A DNA stretch of 48,128 bases. Source: Amoeboaphelidium occidentale. Taxonomy: Eukaryota. Shown piece by piece: positions 19,104-28,855 of the stretch; the first letter of the stretch is position 1; each line of letters begins with the position of its first letter. The position numbers were made by a program, and so were the translations under genes. The notes beneath the pieces were generated by a model. That model was not told where the DNA came from and ran no database searches. It worked only from the letters and a program-made list of their open reading frames with translations. The DNA is taken from positions 1 through 48,128 of the forward strand of contig JALGPX010000102.1 in NCBI GenBank assembly GCA_023515795.1. The letters are read 5' to 3'.

Positions 19104-20228
19104 TTAAGATAATTGGAAGAATGGGTGTTCAAGTATTTCTTCAATTGTAGTACGTTTCGCTGGATCCCATTTGAGGCAGCTTGAAATTAAATCATAAAAG
19201 CTTTCAAAGAGCTTGTCATCACTATCGTCATACTGAGGAATAGCGTCTAATAACCCATCATAATACACTACTTCTTTTGATTCTCTTCCCATCTTATCTT
19301 CTATGAATGACTTGAAAGAACCAGGTGTGTCAAAATATTTACGAACATAAGGAGACTCCATAACTTTGTATCGAGAAGATGGATCCGATTGTAACATCCA
19401 CATTATCGCATAAAGACGCTCTCCATCGTTATCGAATGGAACCAGCGGCTTTCCAAGATTCATTTCTGCGAGCACTAACCCAAAAGACCAAATATCAGAC
19501 TGCACAGAACCTCTACGCTCAATCGTAATCTCGGGAGCCTCATAAAATGAAGTTGAACGATGCCAATTATCCGAGAGATGAGTAGAAGAACACCTTTGAG
19601 CGATACCAAAATCTGCCAATAGTACCAGCGTCGATGGAATTCCACTTATACGCTTCAACAAAATATTCTCCGGTTTCAAATCATTCTGCACTATGCCCTG
19701 GGAGAACGCGTACTTAACAGCTAATGCCAGTTGATAACCGATGGATTGAATGGACTTGAAGTCTAAATGTCTTCCCGAACTCTTTATGCTGTGTAGGTCG
19801 CAATCCATCAAAGGAAGCACAACAAATACTTGGTCTTTCAATTGAAATGAGTCAATAACGTGAACACAATGCCCCCTTTCGCAGTACTTTGGTATGAGCT
19901 CCACTTCCTTCAAAGCATAAGAATGAAATTGATAAGATATTTTGATGGCCACCATATGAGAGTGCTTTTGATCAATAGCACTGAATACATGCCCAAAGCT
20001 TCCGGAATTCAAATGGCCCAACAACACGTAGCGATGTTTTATCACGCTTCCTATCACAGGCGAGTCTTTAGGGGCTTCAGGAACGTGCCAATAGATTTCA
20101 GAAGGGCTTTTGATGTAATTTCTCTCTGCTTGAGAGAGCGTTCTGTAAATGCGCGCGCGATCATCGTCTGTCAACGCATTACAAAGCAGCTGCAGTAAGC
20201 ACAACAGCAAAAGCAGGGTCCAACGCAT
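19104..20228 (-). CDS. CMGC (DYRK/CLK-like) protein kinase with N-terminal signal peptide
   Basis: LNSGSFGHV, VAIK, QNDLKPEN, DFG, YEAPE, DIWSFG, CLKWDPAKR, HPFF; N-terminus MRWTLLLLLCLLQLLCNA. Confidence 0.88.
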   Translation of the reverse strand: MRWTLLLLLCLLQLLCNALTDDDRARIYRTLSQAERNYIKSPSEIYWHVPEAPKDSPVIGSVIKHRYVLLGHLNSGSFGHVFSAIDQKHSHMVAIKISYQFHSYALKEVELIPKYCERGHCVHVIDSFQLKDQVFVVLPLMDCDLHSIKSSGRHLDFKSIQSIGYQLALAVKYAFSQGIVQNDLKPENILLKRISGIPSTLVLLADFGIAQRCSSTHLSDNWHRSTSFYEAPEITIERRGSVQSDIWSFGLVLAEMNLGKPLVPFDNDGERLYAIMWMLQSDPSSRYKVMESPYVRKYFDTPGSFKSFIEDKMGRESKEVVYYDGLLDAIPQYDDSDDKLFESFYDLISSCLKWDPAKRTTIEEILEHPFFQLS

Positions 20229-20733
20229 TTTTTGGCTACAAAGAAATAATGCTAAGCCACAAGCCTGAAGCCACGACCCCTGATCGACGGTTGACAGAAT
20301 GCAACTTCACTGATCTCTTCAACCAATGATTAATGCACATACGAACTATGAATTATCAGAGCTCTTTAAACTTTAAGGTATTCTCGGTGTTTGAAGGATT
20401 CCATGCGAATGAGGAACCCATTACACGATATTCCTTTTCCCTCTGTAACGATCACTACCATAACAACTCATAAAGTCTCAAGCACACATTCAGTCGTACT
20501 TTGCGGTAGGCGGTTTAACAAGTTAAACTTTACATCGGTTTCATAATCGTTAGTTCTTGAACCTTCAACACAATTCAAAGCCATTCTGTTGATTGACTTG
20601 CTAACAGCCTTTAGGAATAACCTTCGCCTTGTAAACCTTCTTTCTATCTCTGATAAACTATGAGGCGCTTCTGAATCTTGAAATCATTCAACAACGGCGA
20701 GACTTGATCAGCCAAAAATTTTCTCTCTGTCGA

Positions 20734-22052
20734 ATGCTTTTTGTCCAGTCGAATTTGGTTAAGAGGGCTCCTTCAGCTGCTACAGCGTCAATTATCCCAG
20801 TAGCACTTCAGAAACATTTTGCTTCTACTTGGGCTTCTGTCCCATTGGGTCCACCAGATCCAATTCTTGGAGTCACTGAGGCTTTTAAGAAGGACACAAA
20901 CCCTAACAAGATGAATTTGGGTGTTGGTGCTTACAGAGATGATAAGGGCAAACCATTTGTCTTGGAATGTGTTAGAAAAGCTGAAAGAGAAATTGTTGAT
21001 AAGAATGCTGATAAGGAATATCTTGGAATCACTGGTTTGGGTGACTTCACAAAGGCATCGTTAAAATTGGCATACGGTGACTCTGTTCCTTTGTCTAAAG
21101 TTGCAATTACTCAGTCTATTTCTGGTACAGGTGCTTTGCGTATTGGAGGTGCATTCATGGCAAGGTTCTATCCTTCAAAGAAGATTTACTTGCCTACTCC
21201 TTCTTGGGGAAACCATACGCCTATTTTCAAGGACTCTGGTCTTCAAGTGGCTCAGTACAGATACTACGACAAGAAGACTATTGGCTTGGACTTGAAAGGT
21301 TTGAAGGAAGATTTAATGAAAGCTGAAGAAAACAGCATTGTCTTGTTACACGCTTGTGCACACAATCCAACTGGTGTTGATCCAACTGAGAAGGAATGGC
21401 AAGAAATCCTTCAGGTATTCAAGCAGCGTAAACATTTTGCATTCTTTGATATGGCTTATCAAGGTTTCGCATCTGGTAACATTGACAAGGATGCTTATGC
21501 TTTGCGCCTGTTTGTGAAGAATAATATTCCAGTCTGTCTAACCCAAAGTTACGCAAAGAATATGGGATTATACGGTGAGAGAGTTGGTGCATTTTCCATC
21601 GTTTGTACAGATGAGAAGGAGATGAAGGCTGTAGAGTCTCAAATCAAGATCCTTGTTCGTCCAATGTACTCTAATCCTCCTTTGCACGGTGCTAGAATCG
21701 TTTCAACTGTTTTGAACAACCCTGAATTGTACAGCCTATGGTAAGCTTTCAGTGAGCAGAAGAACTCATGTGTTTTAGGTTGAAAGAAGTAAAAGCTATG
21801 GCTGATCGTATTATATCCATGCGTCACAAGTTGAAATCACATTTGGTCGAATTGAAGAATCCACACAATTGGGATCACATTACAAAGCAAATCGGAATGT
21901 TTTGCTATACTGGTCTATCACCTGAACAAGTCGAAAGATTATCAAAGGAGTTTTCAGTCTATTTGACTAAGGACGGCAGAATCAGCGTTGCAGGTATCAG
22001 TTCGCACAATGTTGAGTACTTGGCAAAAGCTATTCATGCTGTTTCAAAATAA
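20734..22052 (+). CDS. GOT2: Aspartate aminotransferase, mitochondrial type
   Basis: [43 protein letters not shown]; presequence; intron 21741-21778. Confidence 0.96.
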
Positions 22053-22094
22053 AACACGTGGTGCCTTGTGATAATTACTACTTCATTCTTTGAT

Positions 22095-22950
22095 ATGACC
22101 AAATTCCGGCCTTGTATCGACTTGCACGAAGGCAAAGTAAAACAGATTGTTGGCGGAACTTTGAAAGAAACTACTGAAAGTGTCGACGGCCCTGTTACAA
22201 ACTTCTCATCATCGTAAGTAATTCTAGCGATATCGCATTAAATTGAAGGCTGCCGCCGGAGCATTACGCTGAATTATATAGAAAGCACGACTTAACAGGA
22301 GGACATGTCATTATGCTCGGAAATGGATACGAGAAAGCTGCAAAGCGGTGTCTTTCCGCGTGGCCTAGTAATGATTCCTGATGTCATTTAAATTGTTAGA
22401 CGTGTTTCAAGTTGGTGGAGGAATCACAGAAGACAATGCCAAGGAATGGTTACAACATGGAGCCGGAAAGATCATAGTTACCTCTTACCTATTCCCGGAA
22501 GGAAAGTTTTCTATAGAAAGACTGAAGAATATATCTGATATTGCCGGAAAAGATCGTTTAGTCGTTGATCTTAGTTTTCGCAAGGTTGTTAATGGCTCCA
22601 ACTTCGAATACGTCGTGGCTATGAACAAGTGGCAAACTTTGACAGACATGAAAATAACTCATGAGAGCATTAAACTGTTTGAGGAATATTCATCGGAACT
22701 TCTTGTGCACGCTGCTGATGTTGAAGGATTATGCAAAGGCATCGATCAAGATATTGTAAAATCATTGGGCATGTGGTGAGAGAACCCAGTGACTTATGCG
22801 GGTGGTGGCAATTCAATTAATGACTTGGAATTAGTCAGAGAATTGTCTAACGGTAAGGTCGATTTAACTTTTGGAAGCGCTTTAGACGTTTTCGGTGGCT
22901 CAACCGTCAAACTGGCAGACTGCATTCAATGGAATCAACAGCACGGATAA
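22095..22950 (+). CDS. HIS6: ProFAR isomerase (His6) with an in-frame UGA at 22777-22779
   Basis: [23 protein letters not shown]; introns 22214-22248 and 22368-22399; [20 protein letters not shown]; after the TGA the frame continues [10 protein letters not shown]...[16 protein letters not shown]. Confidence 0.92.
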
Positions 22951-23008
22951 ATGAATTCTTTCTCTTTTGTTTATTTCCGATAAACTCCTATTCCACATAT
23001 TTTCCCAT

Positions 23009-23771
23009 TTAAGCCTTGTAACCGCGGGACTTTCTGCGACCACGAGCCTTTTCAAACTTGCGACCCTTTGAACGAACGTATGGTTTGGTAGATGAGCCAG
23101 GAACACCAGGAGCAGGACCAAAGTGCTTCACAGCTTCTCTAGAGTTCTTTGGACCTCTCAACAAGACAGTCCCAGAACCGGTTGGAGCGCGCATTGCCAA
23201 TTGATCAAAAGTCAATACTTCACCACCAGCCTTGACAATTCTTGCACGAGCACTCTCAGTAACCCTCAAAGCGCAAACAGTCAACTTTGGGACTTCGTAC
23301 AAACGCAAATCATCAGTAATAGTTCCAACAACGACTGCAATCTTGTCCTCCTTTCCCTTCATGAACTGCGCCAAGCGGGAAATTGAAAGTGGAGGGCGGT
23401 TAACACGCGACATGAACAGACGCTTTAGAATAACCTTGTTGAAGTTTGAGTCAGTTCTGCGGGCCAAAAATCTGTACAATTTGACCAACAATCTCAAGTA
23501 CACGTTCTCACTCTTTGGCTCAGTTCTGTTAGAGTTCTTGACACGCTTGTTCTTAATGTCGATACCCTAAAGAGATAAGTTCTGTCCAAAAAGATAATTA
23601 AAACGAAGAGAGCACGAGATTATGAAGTGGCTTGGTTCTTTTCGTGGTGGATAGTGCGCAGGAATCTACAGAGTAACGCTCCTGTTCACAAAGCCCACAA
23701 AGAACCAGTCATAGCCACGACTTTAAATCCATCTGCTGCTTCTTCTTCTTCTGCAATTATTGTCTTACCAT
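23009..23771 (-). CDS. RPL18: 60S ribosomal protein eL18
   Basis: ATG-only exon at 23769-23771, intron 23567-23768, then [38 protein letters not shown]...[13 protein letters not shown]. Confidence 0.97.
23627..23718 (-). other. Long bulged RNA hairpin in the RPL18 intron
   Basis: Nested pairings GTGGCT/AGCCAC, TGGTTCTTT/AAAGAACCA, GTGG/CCAC, CAGGA/TCCTG. Confidence 0.7.
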
Positions 23772-23960
23772 TTCTTTTCAAAAGAAAATTTTTTTGATTT
23801 TCGGTTCAATGCTGATCACAGTTTATTTTTTCAAAGTGCTGTGATTATTATTTCGCCGTGCACCACTCTGATCATCTGCTTTTAGCGGATATGGTGACAA
23901 CGCGATATCAACCAATACATATGAGCACTCAATTGTTGTAGTACCTTCTACTTACTCGTT

Positions 23961-25532
23961 TTATTCAACCTTCACTTCGACGCGATGCCATGCGTTGCTA
24001 AGAACACCTCTTCGATTGTAAATGCCTTGTACAGTGTCTGGTTGAACATTGTACGAAGAATCAACTGATTTGCAAACTAAATTGATATCAGACTTATCTT
24101 TTGGTAGGTCTAGATTAGCTTCCCATAATGTCCATCCATAAGATTTCGTTTTCTTGACATCAGGATGTTCAGCGTAGTAGTCTTTTGGAGTATGCACTAA
24201 ATCAGCAACCTGCCATGTTTTACCTCCATCTGGGCTCACATCTACCCTAACAATATCTCTTCCACCACCACTCCATGCATAGCCCTTCACAAGAACAGAT
24301 TCGCCCTTCTTGAACACGGTGTCTTTCTTGGGATATGTAATTGCACTTTGTACAGGAAGTTCTTGAATTGAAGGTGCTTCAGACCAGTCTAACTTGTCCC
24401 ATTTCGCATTTGGACTGAATCCTTTGTAATCTTTCTGCTGCCAGTGTCCTTCACATTCTGTTTCTCGCAAAACTATTTCATCAACCCATTTAACACTACG
24501 AGCTGCCACATGTCCGGGTATGACAACTCTTAGAGGACAGCCATTATCGGGTAGCATGTCTGAACCGTTCATCTCAAAAGCCAAAAGCACATCTCCATTC
24601 TCAGATAATACTTTATCAACGGGCACACTCGCACTATAACCATCTTTTCCTTTAAATTCGACATGTTGTACAGCACCATTCAAATTTCTCACACCAAAAT
24701 GGTTCAAAACGTCTTTCAATAGAACTCCTTTCCAAACAGCATTGCCAATTGCACCACCTTCCCATCCCAAACCTTGAACAGGCCCAGCAGCTTCAATATC
24801 TTTTCGTCTATTACCTGCGCATTGCAAAGTAGAAACTATCTTTTCTTGCTTGAACTTTTGCTTAAGTTCTTTTAATGAAAGCTTGACTGGTTGTTTCATC
24901 CCAACGCCTGATATTTGCAAGAAGTAATTATCTTCCTTGCCATCATAGACTGGTACTGGCAAATGATTCCGTTTGTAGAATAATTCATTCGGTGTGATAT
25001 ACTCATCAGAAAGTAGTACAAGCGGCGTCTCTGCGTTGAATGGCTGTCTCGATCGCACAACCAAAATCGGCGAGCGTTTATCGACAGGCTCTGACTTGAA
25101 TTCATCGCTGCCTGTCTGGCCAACTAATTCCTCCTCCAGCTTTTTTTGTGATTTCTCATCCAGCTGACCAATTTTGTATTTGTCCAGTATTTCGAATACT
25201 TCAGGCTTCTGATGAATTGTGTAAACTTTCCAGAATGGCTCCAAAGAAGAACCTGCAGCCAACATAATCTTATCACCACCCGGATGTAAATTTATAAATG
25301 AAGTTATATCGTAAACGTTTCCATTATAAGTAACCCAAATTCCATCCATTTTTGATGTATGGCTCTTCAGTTCTTGTAAGCTGATCACTTTTCCTTTTGC
25401 CCCGGTCTTGTGTGCTTCTAACTGCAGCTTTTTACTTCTAAAAGATGACAACGCAGTAAGGGAGCCCAGTGCTACGGATGTGGTGGCCACTCCTGCCCAG
25501 AACAGTCGCCTGTTGAATCGCAAATTGAACAT
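23961..25532 (-). CDS. SUOX: Sulfite oxidase, mitochondrial (cytochrome b5 + Mo-cofactor + dimerisation domains)
   Basis: Presequence plus TM, HPGG, PFNAETP, RNHLPVP, LQCAGNRR, GYAWSGGGR, NAWHRV. Confidence 0.95.
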   Translation of the reverse strand: MFNLRFNRRLFWAGVATTSVALGSLTALSSFRSKKLQLEAHKTGAKGKVISLQELKSHTSKMDGIWVTYNGNVYDITSFINLHPGGDKIMLAAGSSLEPFWKVYTIHQKPEVFEILDKYKIGQLDEKSQKKLEEELVGQTGSDEFKSEPVDKRSPILVVRSRQPFNAETPLVLLSDEYITPNELFYKRNHLPVPVYDGKEDNYFLQISGVGMKQPVKLSLKELKQKFKQEKIVSTLQCAGNRRKDIEAAGPVQGLGWEGGAIGNAVWKGVLLKDVLNHFGVRNLNGAVQHVEFKGKDGYSASVPVDKVLSENGDVLLAFEMNGSDMLPDNGCPLRVVIPGHVAARSVKWVDEIVLRETECEGHWQQKDYKGFSPNAKWDKLDWSEAPSIQELPVQSAITYPKKDTVFKKGESVLVKGYAWSGGGRDIVRVDVSPDGGKTWQVADLVHTPKDYYAEHPDVKKTKSYGWTLWEANLDLPKDKSDINLVCKSVDSSYNVQPDTVQGIYNRRGVLSNAWHRVEVKVE

Positions 25533-25844
25533 AGCCACACTCGCGGGAAATCATCCAAAAACCCCTGTTTGAACGCACACTAAGCCAGTTATTCTAAGAT
25601 ACATGAACGCTAAGTATTTCAGGTGATATTTAGAGTTGAAAAATTTGAAGTCGCGATAACTCAGCTGCGTCTAGTAGCGTGTGATACTGAGTTAAAACAA
25701 TGCTCACCAAGCCCCTGCGACTAGAACTTTGAATATCATAGTACTTCGGAAGACTTCAGACGTGACATACAGCATTAAACTTAATTCGAGCTCCACTGCG
25801 CAAGCACTGTCATAGAATCTATTTTTAGTGAAACAACGATTCAT

Positions 25845-27320
25845 ATGGCATCCAAATCGTTCTCAAAGAAAGCAGGATTTAAATTGGACTTTTCTGGGGG
25901 AAGCTTTAGTTCCGCAGACTCTTCAAAGAGACCGTCCCTCAGTATGACCTCCGATGCTGCTGAGCTTCACTCTGCCGGAAGTTCCAGCGAGAGTTTGCCT
26001 GCGCTCGGACAAGGCGATGATACGACGCCAAAGTCTAGACGTCCAAGACCGAAACCGATTAACTTAGGGCAGATTAGTTTACCTGCTAAACCTCAAGAAT
26101 CATCTAAAGAAGAATCTACTGCTATAAGGCAGGACTCTATCATGGAACTTGTTCAGAATCAGTTGACCGATAAGGATCTGACGACCATTGAAGAACTTGG
26201 TATGAATTCTTTCCAGTTGAAATTTCTGACAAGTATTTAGGGATGGGCAATGGTGGAACAGTCTTCAAAGTTCTGCATAAAGGGACAAATACTGTCATGG
26301 CAAAGAAGGTGATCCATCAGCTGACCGTTAAAGAAGGTCGCGAGATTATTCGGGAGCTACAGGTTCTGAAGAAGTGTAATTCTCCTTATATTGTCTCTTT
26401 CTATGGCGCATATCAGAATGACGGGGAAATTTGCATTTGTATGGAGTACATGGATGTTGGTTCTCTGGAAAAGATTCACAAGATTGCTGGAAAGCTACCG
26501 GAGAACATTCTCACTTTGATCATAATCTCTGTTCTTAGAGGATTAGTTTATTTATATCAACAGCACAAGATAATACACCGTGACATAAAGCCTTCTAACA
26601 TTCTGGTAAACTCAAAGGGAAAGATCAAAATATGTGATTTTGGTGTATCAGGTCAATTAGAGAACAGCATAGCAAACACTTTTGTCGGAACAGGTGCATA
26701 CATGAGTGTAAATTACTTTCTGATTCTGATCTAATTGTTTTTTATAGCCAGAACGAATTCAAGGTTCTAAGTATGCTTCACAAAGTGATACATGGGCTCT
26801 TGGTTTAACTATTTTGGAGCTTACTCTAGGAAGATACCCTTTCCATTCGCAATTGCAAAGTGATGATCCTGAAGATGCACTTCCTCTTTCGGAGTTTGAA
26901 TTGCTGCATCATATTATTAACGATCCTGTCCCAGAGATGCCAAAAGAGTATAGTGATGTCTTTAAATCATTTATACACGACTGCTTAGAAAAGGACCCCG
27001 CAAAGAGGCCTACTCCTGCGTATTTACTAGAGAAACATCCGATCGTCAAACAAGAATCAAAGATAAATTTTGACTTGGTTGGATGGGCACAACAATTCTT
27101 GGAACCTAATCTAGACGAGAAACAGATTCAGAGATGGAGTATGACAGTGTCACGGAAACGGGAAAGTATTAACATGGCAAAAGAAAAGAGAATGTCAAAA
27201 GCAAGAGTGCCGACATCATCTGTCGAGGCACCTCTAAGTTTTTTATCACTGAAAGATACACCAAAGAAAGCAGCCCCAGCTCCGTCCTCTTCATTGGGCA
27301 AGCAATTCTCTTCAAAATAA
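25845..27320 (+). CDS. MAP kinase kinase (Ste7/MEK1-like)
   Basis: Docking site [45 protein letters not shown]; introns 26200-26240 and 26708-26747. Confidence 0.93.
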
Positions 27321-27465
27321 AGTCCATAAAGTATTCTCGAGTTAACACAATTGGTTGACACGGCGACGTTACTACGCGAAGTGGTGTAATGGAACAAGCC
27401 AATCATGATAGATGTGTCCGTTACAGAATGGTTTCAAGCAAAGATGCACAATATTAATCCAGATA

Positions 27466-28830
27466 ATGAACAGCAAGATAACAAGGGGTGTTCCAAAAGT
27501 ATATGTTCCGTCTACTTCAACTATAAAGCCGCAGAGAGCGCCTGTTCGAACAGTATCAGATCCACACTTAAAGGAACCTTCTCCATCAACACCAGAGATG
27601 GCTAAAGGATCCAAGTCTTTGCCAAGCTCGACTTCCACAACACCCAACTCGTCTTTATCAAAGAAAACACGAAAGCTGAGACCGAAACCGGTTCATTTAG
27701 CAGGTTTACAATTAGGCGTGCCTCAGAAGATCGTTGAAACAGCACCAGCGCTTGATATTTCTGAATGTGTCATGAAGATCGACGAAAAAGATGTTGAGAA
27801 ATGCGAAGAATTGGGAATGGGTAGCGGCGGCATAGTTTACTTGGTCAAACATAAACCAACGAAGACTTGGATGGCAAAAAAGATTATTCTGAATGTTCAT
27901 GAGTCGAGGCGTGATAATTTACAAAAAGAGCTAAAGCTGATGAACCAGTGCAGATGCCCTCAAATTGTATCGTTTTATGGGGCCCAGATCACAGAGGGAG
28001 ATTTGCATATTTACATGGAACACATGGATGTCGGCTCACTTGAGAAGATTTGCAAGCTTGCTGGGAAGCTTAATGAAGAGACTTTGATCAAGATATCTGT
28101 TTCTATTCTTCGTGGACTTGGTTATCTTTACGACAAGCACAAGGTTATGCATCGCGACATTAAGCCTTCAAACGTCTTGTTAAATTCCAAAGGTGAAATC
28201 AAGATTTGCGATTTTGGAGAGTCAAGAGAGACTCTGGACTCAGTTGCTGATACCTTTGTTGGAACTGGGTATTACATGTCTCCAGAAAGAATTCAGGGCT
28301 GGAAAAATTACTCCTATAATGCTGATACTTGGTCTCTGGGACTTTCTATTCTTGAACTTGGTCTGGGATTCTACCCATTTAGTCACAGCAATGGTAAAAC
28401 ATGCGAGATGTCACCTCCTTTGAATGAGTTTGAATTGTTGTCTACGATCGTTCATGACAAACCTCATCCGCTATCTGCTAGTGAATATTCTGCTGATTTC
28501 ATCGAATTTATTAATCAATGTCTGATAAAGGATCATAAGAAGAGGCCAAGTCCTAAGGAATTGCTAACTAAGAGTCCAATTGTTGAAATCGAAAAACATC
28601 TGAAGTTGGACATGGCTGCTTGGGCGAAATCGTTCTTAGAGCCTAATCTCAGTCAACAACAACTTAAGCGTTGGAGTGTTACACAAGAATTCAAGAGACA
28701 GTCATTCATTGATAAAAGACAGTCTCGGCCAACACCAAGAAGTTCGTTGGTAGCTTCAAGACCTCCACCAAAACCTGTCACCAGAGTTGACGGGATTTCA
28801 GATATTTTGAAGGGTTTGTACGATAAATGA
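27466..28830 (+). CDS. MAP kinase kinase, intronless tandem paralog
   Basis: [56 protein letters not shown]; start uncertain (27412 or 27466). Confidence 0.92.
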   Translation: MNSKITRGVPKVYVPSTSTIKPQRAPVRTVSDPHLKEPSPSTPEMAKGSKSLPSSTSTTPNSSLSKKTRKLRPKPVHLAGLQLGVPQKIVETAPALDISECVMKIDEKDVEKCEELGMGSGGIVYLVKHKPTKTWMAKKIILNVHESRRDNLQKELKLMNQCRCPQIVSFYGAQITEGDLHIYMEHMDVGSLEKICKLAGKLNEETLIKISVSILRGLGYLYDKHKVMHRDIKPSNVLLNSKGEIKICDFGESRETLDSVADTFVGTGYYMSPERIQGWKNYSYNADTWSLGLSILELGLGFYPFSHSNGKTCEMSPPLNEFELLSTIVHDKPHPLSASEYSADFIEFINQCLIKDHKKRPSPKELLTKSPIVEIEKHLKLDMAAWAKSFLEPNLSQQQLKRWSVTQEFKRQSFIDKRQSRPTPRSSLVASRPPPKPVTRVDGISDILKGLYDK

Positions 28831-28855
28831 AACAAGCCATTTTTATATCAATAAA

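Noticed and set aside
20366..20683. About 105-codon minus-strand stretch with a single internal TGA in the kinase-GOT2 intergenic region
   Set aside because: No suitable start codon and no recognisable homology; may be a decayed gene but cannot be supported
23627..23718. RPL18 intron hairpin as a SECIS element for the HIS6 UGA
   Set aside because: It lies inside another gene's intron far beyond the HIS6 3' end, the ATGA is on the opposite strand, and the opposing GA of the SECIS core is absent
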